From: Coniocarpon cinnabarinum
Lineage: Eukaryota
DNA length: 20,303 nt
NCBI GenBank assembly: GCA_051942205.1
Contig: JAVECO010000016.1
Location: 186,001-206,303, forward strand
Reading direction: 5' to 3'
Shown: positions 1 through 10,250 of the stretch, in pieces
How positions within the stretch are numbered: position 1 is the stretch's first letter
Layout: the number at the start of each line of letters is the position of its first letter
Program-made: the position numbers and the translations under genes
The notes under the pieces: model-generated
Told to the model about the DNA's origin: nothing
The model's input: only the letters and a program-made list of their open reading frames with translations
Database searches by the model: none

Positions 1-670
1 CTTCGCTCAATCAGCCGCTTGTATCCAGGCTCTATGATTTCAGGTTAGACAGAGGCGTCCGGAGTCAATGAACATTTAAGACGGCGTACCTAACACTCGT
101 ATCCCATCTTGTCACCTGCTCTCTGGATATATCGTGTTCGCAAGCAATAGATTAAGTTCCATGACTTTTTGAACGCGTCTGAGGCGGGAAAATGAGGTTT
201 TGTTAACGGATCAATTACACAAAGTGAGCGGGGTCAGGCTGCTGTGCCGCGTTGCACCATCCAAATGTCTGCGTACGTGAGAACATGTGTCGCATCAGGA
301 CTTGTACCCCAAGCACGCGCACCGCCCCGTCGTGTGGCTTGAAATTGGACATTCGCGGCTCTGGGCTTGATGCTCAGCGCCAATTAATCGCTCTTCTCAT
401 GCAAGCGCTGTGCTTCAAGACCAATCCTGAGTTTTTCATATTTCATTTGAGGATCGCAAACGTACTGCGCGCGATCGGTATAGAAGAAATCGAAGCCTAC
501 TTAATTGCCTTCTACTTCATTCACAAGACCAGAGCAGCCATTCAATGATGAAAAAGAGGCAAAAGGAAAGGGGGTAAGAACGACCTAGGGGGCTGGAAGC
601 GTGGCCTGCCGCTTCCTTCTATCTATGCGAGCGTCCTTATTGGATGGGGCATGCGCTGGGCTCCGGATCT

Positions 671-1691
671 CTAAGGCTCACCGAAGTTCAATTGACTCAT
701 GTACTTCCTTGCATAGTCAAGCGTTGACACCATCACACCAGCCTAGAAAACACGTCAGTCAGACTTAAATTCCGCCCACACGTCTAGGCGACGCCGCAAC
801 TGGAGCAACTTACACAACCCATGCCATCCTCCTTCGCATGGAAAGCACCCTCGTAGGTCCGCGTGTCCGAAGTCATTGGCTTCGAAGGAGTGGCTTCGAA
901 GAGCAGGCGCTTCTGGTCGTCCTCCATACGAATAGTGCGGCTCTTGTTACGAGATATCTGGATGCGAGCGACGGTCTTGCCTGCAGTTAGCCCTTTCTCG
1001 TAATAATCGACGCGAAACTTGATATCGTTCGGCCCTCTTTCGTAGAAGAACTTGAGACGGCCACGAAGTTTGCCTTCCTCGTAAGCGCCGACTTCCGTGA
1101 CGAGGGGATCCTTTGCATTTTTGTCGGCCTTTTCGGTGAAAAAATGTAGGATGCAGGCCCATTTGGGTGGATTGCCTTGACCGGGCCATTGGCTCCCGCT
1201 GCCAAGGTCCTCATAGAACACTATTATGCAAATTAGCGGCCTGGAACTCTATACATTACTTGCATGACAAGAGCATGTCCCGGTCGGACGACAGCTACTC
1301 GATCCTGGACGTGTTCGTCAGACTTACTGAAAGACCTATATCCAGTCTTCTGGTCTTTGGCAGGGATTGATGACAGGATGGACTTTTCAGCTCCCGCTTT
1401 GAAGACCGAGTAGCGACGGAAGTTATGTATATTGAGGATACCAGGTCTGGTACTGGTGACCTTCAGCTGGCCGCTTGAAGTTTGCTGGTGTTCGGGGTTG
1501 GTAAGACGGTACTCGGTGACTTCCGACTCCTCGCTGGTTCGAGGGGAGGCTTCTTGGGCTTCTTGGGCTTCTGGTGAAGGTTCCTTTGGACCGCCTGATG
1601 TAGAAGGCTGGCCTTCGGGCGAATCAGTTTTCCGTTGCTTCCCGCGAGCTTTTTCGCTCATGCCTTGTTGTGGGGCATTTCTAGACGACAT
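671..1691 (-). CDS. Hypothetical protein, ~280 aa, 3 exons: 1691-1328, 1220-814, 742-671
   Basis: ORFs 1233..1691 and 784..1221 join in frame through intron 1327-1221 (GTAAGT...GCTAAT...TAG, phase 1). A second intron 813-743 (GTAAGT...CTGAC...TTTTCTAG, phase 0) adds AGVMVSTLDYARKYMSQLNFGEP*. TATA box upstream. No recognised domain; last exon less certain. Confidence 0.75.
1548..1572. repeat. Short coding tandem repeat (GGCTTCTTG) x ~2.8, encoding EAQEAQEA
   Basis: Read directly in the sequence, inside exon 1 of the orphan gene. Confidence 0.8.
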
Positions 1692-1833
1692 GTTCGAAGT
1701 AGTAACGACTAAGCCGACGGATGAATGGGGAAGTCAGTGGGAGTGTCGGCGCGACCTTGATTCTGATGTTTGGATTTTGGGGGTATGGAGTGACTCGGTG
1801 TAGAGATAGCATTGCGTACGTTTCGTGAAAGCT

Positions 1834-1840
1834 TTTTATA
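1834..1840 (-). promoter_or_regulatory. TATA box (TATAAAA) of the orphan gene
   Basis: + strand ttttata, about 145 nt upstream of the ATG at 1691 and in the correct orientation. Confidence 0.6.
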
Positions 1841-3887
1841 TGAGCCATGGCTGCCATCTGCTGATGCGCTTAGCACTCTTCACAGGGTGTTCAGTTATTG
1901 TTCTGGAACACCAAGTCGACAAGGGGGTTTAGGGGAGTAAGGACAGATTGTTTGAACAGAATCGAAACATGTCAACTTGCAAAGGACAGCAGCCCTGCAA
2001 GTAATCGTGCCGAGCATTGCACAGCATACTCTGGCCACTTGCGTCGCAGTGGAGAGCCAATGAACAGCCAATGAAGAGCACATCACCACGAACGTGGTGT
2101 CAAATGACGTTGACGGGAAGGCCTTTGATTGGCAATGATAGTTGAATACGGCACACATACGTGGGCTTCAAACATCTGCCTTGTGCAGCTGCTGCGATCA
2201 GTGACCGGTCACGGCGGCTGAACAGTAGGACACCGCGAACATTAAGGTCAGGACTAGCGAACGAGCCGATGGCCCCAAACCTGTCATGAATTTCTCTACG
2301 GTCCAAAGTTGGATGATCAGCGCGTAAAATTCGGATGGTGACGCGTCTGAGACGCAGTTGCCATTCGCTGAGGTCCAAATGTGAATCTCGACGAAGCCGC
2401 AAGCAGAACGATTGCTACATGACTGCCACATCAATATAGCTGGTCGTTTCATGTTGTATTTCCGCAAGTAGACATTCTACGCGCAGGGCTTCCGGTGGCA
2501 GCGAGGACCGTGGCCCCCAGAGGTATCATGGGTTCGAGATACTGTGGATCTGCTGTAATACGTGGTAAGTTCAGGAGCGGCCCGTCCGCGGCAAAACAAC
2601 TGGGGGCCACAAATCCAGCCCAGACCAGGAATAGATGATGTCGCGAGGATGTTGCTTGACCGGGCGTGTGGGAACTTCCCCCCGTTCTATGGATTTTTTG
2701 TTACAGACAGCCCACATGCGAGCGCAATTGGCGTTTTAAGAATGGGGGTCCTGCATCTCAGTCACATTGTGGTATATGACGAACTGCGCCAGATATCGAA
2801 ACGTTCCGTACATCTTACTCGAGGCGTTACGTGTTTTTACCATAGCTTCGTGAACGAGGAGGGCGAGTCGTAGCCAGAAATACTGTTACTTCGATTCGCG
2901 TTTGTGGCAATCAGTAAGAGCTCTACGTCATGTGCATGGTCTATTAGAAACGTCAACAAGTGATGCTCCGCCGAATGGCTTTCTGCCTCTAACTCGTCAA
3001 GATCTCTGCTCCCTGGCGAAAGTGAGCTTCTCAGAGTAGATTCGCCAACGCTCCCTGGCAGGGCATATCTGCTTTGGGCAACACGGAATAAAATGGTGTC
3101 TGTGACGCATTGACAAGCTTACTTCTGCACGCAGTCATTACTGAGGCTCAAATCCAACTGGCGAAACACAGCGTGATTCCTGACGTGAGATTTGATCCAG
3201 TCAAGCGCGTTTCCTTCTACGTGCAGTCTCAGCAAGGTCCCGGAAAACTGTCCCGCCTGCTTGAATGCAGACACAAGATTTGGTCCCGGCCCCGCCCCAG
3301 AAGCGGGATGTTTCGAGGGGCAGGTCTGGCGACAAGTCAACGACTTACCTAGCAAGGCTCCAGCGATACGCCTACTCGACAGCATGTAGGGAGTTCCGGG
3401 CGTGATGCCAGAGGCGGAGGTCAAACGTTTGCAGTGAGCCTTTTCTGCACGCGTCCGGCTTCACATAAAAGCCACGTGTTGATCAGTCTTGACCAGACGG
3501 CAGCTTTATGGGCTTCGAAGCGGATTGCGAAGCGAACGAATAGACGTGCAGCCTTCAAGCACGCTCTGATGGAAGAACTTTGCCACCATGTCCAACTTGG
3601 ATGGCAGAGTGGCATTTCGGTTGGTTCGTGGCCCTGGGGTCCTGGGTCAGCGGCTGGAGATCCTCGCTGGTGTCCAATTCGTCTAGGAGCCACGATTCGA
3701 GAAGTTCACAAGTCGCACATGGAATTCATCCTTCCCAGAAGCGTAGAAACCAGCGTCGTGTAATGACAGGAGGTAAATGCGAATCAGTGCCAGAGTCGGA
3801 ACGTGAGTAGCCATACTAGGGTTATCAAACCTACGTGATCTTCTTCACCACCCATCTCCTCCGTATGTTGTCACACTCCTCAGCGAC

Positions 3888-4378
3888 ATGGCCACCTTTG
3901 GCTCTCCCGGTGGGCAATCCACCTTCTCGAAGCCTTCACCTCCGGAGCGCGGCTCATTCCCTCTTGATCATGATGGTGAGCGACGACCCCTTTACCAGCA
4001 CCCCCACCCCACTCCTTTCACTTACCCCTCACTCCCGACCCAACCACAGTCGTGATCTCCTCGATCTCCTCCAGTCATGCTCAAGACTTCGAGGAGAAAG
4101 ATGTCTGACGGACACAACTAGGCGAGTGCAAGCAGCAAATGTCCCTCTACCTCTCGTGTCTCAAGCGCACGCGCGGTGTCAATCAAGAAGAGTGCCGTGA
4201 GCTGAGCAAGAGTTATCTGCAATGTCGAATGGATCGTAATCTAATGGCCAAGGACGAGATGAGGAATCTTGGATTTGACAAGGTCGGCGCCAATGAGGGT
4301 GCCGGTCAGCCTCGGCAGGATCAGAATGAGGAGCTAAAGACCGTGGCAGAGGAGACCAGAAGAGAAAAAAGCGTGTGA
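3888..4378 (+). CDS. COX19: Cytochrome c oxidase assembly protein Cox19 (twin Cx9C-type), 114 aa; exons 3888-3975 and 4122-4378
   Basis: Spliced product MATFGSPGG...[27 protein letters not shown]...ECRELSKSYLQCRMDRNLMAKDEMRNLGF carries the Cox19 signature. Intron 3976-4121 is GTGAGC...CTGAC...TAG, phase 1. Confidence 0.97.
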
Positions 4379-5797
4379 GGCGCATGATCTGGCTAGCCAC
4401 TATTCAATTAAAGGGACGTCGCAAGAAACGAAGAATGCCATTGCAAAGCAAACACTCGACCATCATGACGATCACGAGCACATCAATGCACAGGACAACG
4501 ATGTGGGATGGACAAGGAGGAAAAGCCAAGTTGCTGTCATTGCCTGATGCCACATAACAGCAAATCCGCCGATGAGAATCGCGTGAAAGTAAATGCCAAA
4601 GTGGCAGCGAAGTCGGCCGTCGCCGCAAACAGAGGAGAGACCTTTGTTAGATGCGTACTAGTCTAGATATGTGCACTGCAAAGGCTGAGCAGGCACGAGG
4701 CGTTTGCGCTAACGTAGAGCATTGCAACATCCAAGGACTACGCCGTACACGATACGTCATATAGATTGCGGCAAAACTCCTCGATTTCATTTCAGCAATA
4801 CAAAAGCGCTGAAGGAACACTCTTGTGCCCCTCAGACGACGGCTTGCTCCAGCTCAGCACCCAGCGGCCAACTTTGTCCAACCTCAATCCTCACTCCGGC
4901 CTAGTCATATGGTTTAAACGCCCATGCAAATACCGCTACATGCTGGAACAACGTCAGCTCACTATCTAGTACTCTGGCGAAGCGAGACTCGTTGCAAGTG
5001 CTCAGAATACGCAGACCTGTCTACGGTTGATTCATCAATGTCTGCACACCGCTGATCTGCAATCATTGCAATCGATGCGTCCGCAATTGAGTCGCTTGCA
5101 GCCGAAGCCGCAACCATCACAAGGCAATCAGCTGACCGCAACCTGGCCGCAGAAGCGGTTGTTGACCCCGCTGTTATAAATGTAAGGGCCCACTTGTCCA
5201 TAATGTCACTCGTTATTACGTCGCTCTATAGCCGATACCCGCCATGACGAGAGCGACCGGGAGCGACCGGGTATCTGCATCTTCTTGGCCACCGCAAGCG
5301 TCCACCGATGATGCCAGAGATCCGCCATCTGCGAACGGCATTCGAGTGTCCGCTTTCGCTATACGAGCGTGCGCATTTTTACTTGACGCTGGTCTACCCT
5401 CTGTATGCCAGCCTTTCTGTGCGATCTAGAACTATCGCCAAACCACGACAGAATGGCAGCGTGAGCACTGTCGATCATGATCGCAGCTGGAAACGGCAAA
5501 TGACGTGTCCTGATCTCTGAAGACAATCTTCTGCAAAAGCGATGCATGCCTTGCGATGGCTATAGGATCTCGTATTGGGATAGCTCTCTTCGAATTAGCG
5601 ATATCCATTTGTTGTACTTCTATTAGCTATATCCATATTGGCTGCACAATTAGGGCGGATGTCTACATAATGTTACAATCCTAGTATGCTGCGAATGATC
5701 ATCACCCTTACCTCTTGCTATTCATGCCTCAGTCATGCAATGCATTAACACGCACCATACCTCCCTCCCTCAACTCGATCCTCGACTCGAAGAACGT

Positions 5798-7864
5798 TCA
5801 TAATCCCTCATCACTCTCATCTTCAACCATCCAATAGAACCCCATCTCCTGCACCAATTCCTCGAATCCACTTAACTCCTTTGTCTCTTCATCACCAGCC
5901 ACGCGAGGCTCAATTAGATCCATATCTGTACAATGCGCTATACCCCTCATCATCTTTCTTCTTTCCTCACCCTTCCCGCCGTCCGCCCCTTCATCTTCCT
6001 CTTCTTCCAGATACGGCCCCCCGTGCCATTTAATCCTCACACCCTCAACTTTGTTCCAATCACTCGCAGACAACGACTCCTTATACGCCGCAAATAGCCC
6101 GCGTCCATATTTTCGTGCATGTCTTATCTGTGCCGGCGTCAACGTCTTGACTAATCCCCCATGCAGAAACAAAATCGCCGAATCGTTTCCGTCAGGGAAG
6201 TGCTGTCCGAAGCTGTGACCGCAGTAGATTCCTTTTCCCTGTGTTTCGAGTCGATTCGATGCGTTGACGTCTTGATCTTCGGCGCGGTCACGGGACATGG
6301 CGCTCGTGCTGCCAACTCCGATTTTCATGTCAGGTTCGCTGGGCCACGCGCGCTCGTCTCTTGGTCGCTGCACGACGCCGACGCTGGTGAGCCAGCGTTG
6401 AGGACGGCCGTATTCGGTCCGAAGAGCATGCCACGCGAAGCGAAAGGTGTCTTTGTCCCCCAGCAAGAACTCGGAGTAATATTCGGAGTCACTCCAGTAT
6501 TTCGCGAGTTGGAGATGGTACCAGAATTTGCTTTTGTTGACGAGGAGCTGGCCAGATTCTTGCTCGTACTCGGACATGGAACAGGGAGTGTTGCTGAGGG
6601 CCCAAATGGGGTTTTCGGGACGGGTGCGTGCGATGTCGGGCCAGAAGATGGAGCCGTATGTTTTGTAGGTTGAGGAAGTGAAGAGAACGGCGGGGTCGGA
6701 AACGGGAAGGTTGTCGGAATCGAGAAGTAAAGGTTCTGCGAAGCGGGAGTTGAGCAGTGCTGCGGTCTTGAGGTTGTAGTTTATGAACCCTTTGGCTGAG
6801 GTAGTAACGGGTTGAGTGGGATCTTCCAGATCAGAAAAGCTCACATTCCGGAATGTCGATTTAAGTGCTGTCTTGTTGTGCGTGGACAGTTCTTCAGTCC
6901 CGTGATGGTGAATCTCAACCGGAAGAGAGGCATTGAAATGATTCAACATGCGGAGAAGGACGAACGTGCGTTTGAGGCTGCGCTCGTTACCTGCGACGAT
7001 GACGATGCCGCGGCCGGAGAACTGATCAGAGACTTGAGACCAGGGAATCGCGTCTTCGAGGATGAATCTTTGCCAGTCGTTGCGGTGAGATGTGATTTCG
7101 GACTCGTTTCTCAGATTGACAGCCCATTCGGCGTCTTTGCCGAATTGAAAATTAACGGGCAGATTGTCGGACCAGGTGCAAGACTTCATGGCTTGAAGGA
7201 CTGTCAGGTTATTTTGGGAGGGAAGGGCGGCAAAATGTGGAAGAAAGTCATCGGCTGATGCAAGGGTGTAGGCGTTAGCGACGAGTAACGGTGACTGTGT
7301 GTGATGTGGTCGTGTTGGCGAAGGAAACGGCTTCTTTCCATGATCCCCGGCCCACGTAGATGGCGTCGCACGTGTAGGTGTAGGTGTTGTGGTCTTTGTA
7401 CTTGTTTGAGCCATACCAGCGTGGCTAGTCGGTGTAGTTTCATGGCTTATTGCAGTCACTTCTGTGCTACTCCGCTGAGTCTCGGCGCTCAATATTTTAC
7501 TCAAGAGCGTCTTGTCCACTTCCGCAGCTGTCAACGTAGTCTTCGTGTTGCTCCCACCAGTTACAGCGGTCGCTGCAAGTTCTCCGAGCTGATCTGCATC
7601 TTGCAAACCCACATGCTTCACCGCCGGCCGTTCATCCTTGTTCGCATGCTCTGTGAGCCCATTCTGCTTTTGTAGTGGTACCTTTGGCACAGGTACATAA
7701 GCTCCATTGTCTTTCAGCACCTGTACTGGATCATTCAAGGCTCTCGAGCTGGATGTGGGAGCAGATGTTCTGGCGCGTGTAAGGAATTGGTAGGACAGAA
7801 AGAGGAAGAGCAAAGCTGCAAGAACATAGCGAATGATGTGCCGGCGGGCATTCAAAAGAGCCAT
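5798..7864 (-). CDS. MNN2: Glycosyltransferase family 71 alpha-mannosyltransferase (Mnn2/Mnn5-like), type II membrane protein, 688 aa, single exon
   Basis: N-terminal TM anchor, Ser/Thr-rich stalk and GT71 motifs GRGIVIVAG, LPVEI, LLLDSDN (DxD), IFWPD, EQESGQLLVNK, GDKDTFRFAW. The symbol denotes the subfamily; orthology is unproven. Confidence 0.92.
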   Translation of the reverse strand: MALLNARRHIIRYVLAALLFLFLSYQFLTRARTSAPTSSSRALNDPVQVLKDNGAYVPVPKVPLQKQNGLTEHANKDERPAVKHVGLQDADQLGELAATAVTGGSNTKTTLTAAEVDKTLLSKILSAETQRSSTEVTAISHETTPTSHAGMAQTSTKTTTPTPTRATPSTWAGDHGKKPFPSPTRPHHTQSPLLVANAYTLASADDFLPHFAALPSQNNLTVLQAMKSCTWSDNLPVNFQFGKDAEWAVNLRNESEITSHRNDWQRFILEDAIPWSQVSDQFSGRGIVIVAGNERSLKRTFVLLRMLNHFNASLPVEIHHHGTEELSTHNKTALKSTFRNVSFSDLEDPTQPVTTSAKGFINYNLKTAALLNSRFAEPLLLDSDNLPVSDPAVLFTSSTYKTYGSIFWPDIARTRPENPIWALSNTPCSMSEYEQESGQLLVNKSKFWYHLQLAKYWSDSEYYSEFLLGDKDTFRFAWHALRTEYGRPQRWLTSVGVVQRPRDERAWPSEPDMKIGVGSTSAMSRDRAEDQDVNASNRLETQGKGIYCGHSFGQHFPDGNDSAILFLHGGLVKTLTPAQIRHARKYGRGLFAAYKESLSASDWNKVEGVRIKWHGGPYLEEEEDEGADGGKGEERRKMMRGIAHCTDMDLIEPRVAGDEETKELSGFEELVQEMGFYWMVEDESDEGL

Positions 7865-8695
7865 TGCATTACTTGATATGCACGTATTCTGGGTCGGAGC
7901 ATTTTAAGGGCCGCCCAGCTCCTTGTGTGGTTGGAACTGAGGTCGCAAGAGTGTTGTTGCGCATTGGTAGCGAAGATGGGGCTGTTTCCGTACTCGCCAC
8001 CGACCGAGGCTTGGTACGGATCATCGTTTAGCCGATCAAGTCAATCTTCGTCCGCAGCTGAGAAGGTAACGCAAACTGGCCGATCATCAGTGCACAGATT
8101 CCCTAAACAAAATTGAGAATATTTTAGAGTCTGCTTAGCGCCTATGCCCCGTGGAACCAGGCTCTATTACAGCAACCGCACGATGATCAAGTCATCGTTT
8201 CCTACAAAGGCGAGGACCGGAAAAGCAACGTCGTAAATGCGATGGGAGGCCTTCGCGATGGGTATACGTCTTCTCTCTGTGGACTAGGAGAGCACCAAGT
8301 CTGAGCTGTCTGGACATCCACCCAGGCCTCTCGCTTCACATCTAACAGCGACCTAGGGTAGGCTGATCTTCGGCTGTAGAGTTCTCTAGCTTTCGAGGTT
8401 TCAAAGAAGCAGCTCGGGCACTGTCCGCTCCACGTGGAGTCGCCACGCAAGGCAGGTAATTGATCTCGAGCCCCATCCGATCAAAGGCCAGTCAATCTAG
8501 ATTGCACTCTCAGTCCCTGTAAAGCCAGAAGTCACTTCCACGCGCCGATAGCACCATCACAAAGCATCTCCTCACCTTCGTAGTCGCTGGTCCATCTTCT
8601 TCCAACCCAACCATCCCCATATGCATACATCTAAATTCACAGATGCTGATTCTTACTGAAACACGTTCTCTACGTCTCTTTCTCTTCAAGAATCC

Positions 8696-9004
8696 ATGTT
8701 CTGCCGAATCGACTGCTCCTTCGGCGTGATCTCAGTCCATCCCATGGCGAAAATCGTTCTGCTGGGAGAGCACGGTCTAGTGTGGGAAGCGAAGGTGCTC
8801 GAGGCCGTGGAGCGAGCCCACCGACGCGCGCGGGGTAGATTCAACATGGTTGAGATATTACATGCGAGGTGAGTGGGGGCATATCTGCTCGATCAGCTGT
8901 TGAGAAGAACTTCAAGCTGTGAACGCTGACACGGACGCTGCAGCGATCACCGATTTTATATGTCTTTCTATCGATTTGTGGCGGGCGGAGAGTTTGAGCT
9001 GTGA
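8696..9004 (+). CDS. Putative small protein, 77 aa; exons 8696-8868 and 8944-9004
   Basis: Canonical 75-nt intron AG|GTGAGT...GCTGAC...GCTGCAG joins two open segments in frame. No recognised domain; the start codon is uncertain. Confidence 0.5.
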
Positions 9005-9156
9005 GGAACAATGATATTGCGCTGAATCAATGCGTCTATAGTGATGCTGGCACTGTGTTCTGATAAGCGAATGCTGCACCGACAAAGCTCCTCTGCACAT
9101 CCGTGTGGCGTAGCAAATCGAGACATAGTTAGTCCTACAACGAATCACAATCGATC

Positions 9157-9951
9157 TCAACTCATTCTCCCCCTCTTCCCACCCCCATCACCCGCACCGT
9201 CCATCCCCAGGTCCTGAACCGCATCCTCCACCAACCCCCTCAACTCAGCCTGCCCTTCCTCACTCTGAAAGTCCTCCCGCGCAGCCAGCGCCTCGATCCT
9301 CGCGCGAAACTCCGGGTCCGGCTGTCCCGCTCCCTCCCCCTCCGCAGAGGCCTCCGGAACCGTCTCCAGATTCATAGTAACGCCAGGAGGCAACGGCGGC
9401 GGGGGCGCGAGCGTCTCCTCTTCTTCTTGCTCTTGAGCTTCGCTCGGACTCCCTGACGTGCTCGTATGCCCATTCCCCGACTCACTCAACACCCCATTAA
9501 CACCACCCGCATGTTCCATCCTCACCTCCCGCAAATAAGCAGCCACCTCCCCAAAACCCCCCGTATAATCCTCTTCAGCATTAATCCTCGCATTCATCTC
9601 CGTCGTCAAGTCCACTCTGTTCGAAATGCTCCAGTCCGCGCCCAGCTCCTCGACCAGCACCCGCGCCGACTCCCGAGACTCCGTGTAAAACAGGGGTGTG
9701 TCACCGTCGGAGTCGCGGACATTGGGCGAGACATGGTAGATTTGGACGAGTGCTCTGAGGAGTTCGAAGGAGTGCGCGTGGGTCGGCGTGGAGTAGGACG
9801 CTGCGCCGTGGAGGAGCGTGTAGCCGTTGTGATCGGCTTGGTGGGCGAGCGAGGGTTGGGCGGGGAGGTGTCGGTGGAGGAGGGCGGTGGGACCGCCGGG
9901 CTCGGGGACGAGACGGAGAGCATAATCGATGGTTACGTGGGGTTCCGCCAT
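9157..9951 (-). CDS. Ankyrin repeat protein, yeast YCR051W-like, 264 aa
   Basis: ANK motifs DHNGYTLLHGAASY and NVRDSDGDTPLFY...ARVLVEELGAD, C-terminal DPEFRARIEALAAREDF block and basic tail KRGR. Confidence 0.9.
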   Translation of the reverse strand: MAEPHVTIDYALRLVPEPGGPTALLHRHLPAQPSLAHQADHNGYTLLHGAASYSTPTHAHSFELLRALVQIYHVSPNVRDSDGDTPLFYTESRESARVLVEELGADWSISNRVDLTTEMNARINAEEDYTGGFGEVAAYLREVRMEHAGGVNGVLSESGNGHTSTSGSPSEAQEQEEEETLAPPPPLPPGVTMNLETVPEASAEGEGAGQPDPEFRARIEALAAREDFQSEEGQAELRGLVEDAVQDLGMDGAGDGGGKRGRMS

Positions 9952-10104
9952 GAGTAATCAGACAGGAGAGTCAAGTCTCCGCAAGAGCCTCGAACACACT
10001 TCGCTCAGAACCGTCACCGCCGGATAATCGAGACGGTCATATTGTCCGCAAAACTTTCTGTGTTTGCTGAGACCCTGCCGATCTCTCGCTATCGATTGAT
10101 CGTA

Positions 10105-10158
10105 ACGCGTGACGTCAAGACGCGTTTCGAGATTTTGACGCGTAGAGGGGCAACGCGT
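10105..10158. promoter_or_regulatory. Cluster of four ACGCGT (MCB/MluI) boxes plus one TGACGTCA (CRE/ATF) site upstream of the ankyrin gene
   Basis: ACGCGT at 10105, 10120, 10138 and 10153; TGACGTCA at 10110-10117; 154-207 nt upstream of the ATG at 9951. Confidence 0.7.
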
Positions 10159-10250
10159 AGCCTCACTCGCAAGGCTACAAGAAAAGCTGTACTTAGCGAA
10201 CTTTTCAGGCAGTAAGGTTGCAAGGCGCAGGAATAACCATGCAGACAACA

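Noticed and set aside
1..548. ORF 252..548 and scattered splice-like motifs (GTACGT at 273, CTAAC at ~90)
   Set aside because: No consistent exon chain or recognisable product could be built; may belong to something upstream of the window.
3975..4121. Possible stwintron in COX19 (internal CAG at ~4049)
   Set aside because: The reconstituted donor GTCGTG is poor and the frame would break; a single intron explains the gene.
4700..5550. Short ORFs and an intron-like GTAAGG...TAG (5182-5231)
   Set aside because: No good branch site, the upstream frame has a TGA just after its ATG, and no recognisable product.
5798..5815. C-terminal SDEGL of the GT71 protein as an ER-retrieval signal
   Set aside because: Does not match HDEL/KDEL.
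6161..7675. Antisense ORFs over the GT71 gene (similar ones lie over the ankyrin, NPR3, DUF3431 and bHLH genes)
   Set aside because: Shadow ORFs caused by codon bias of the real genes.
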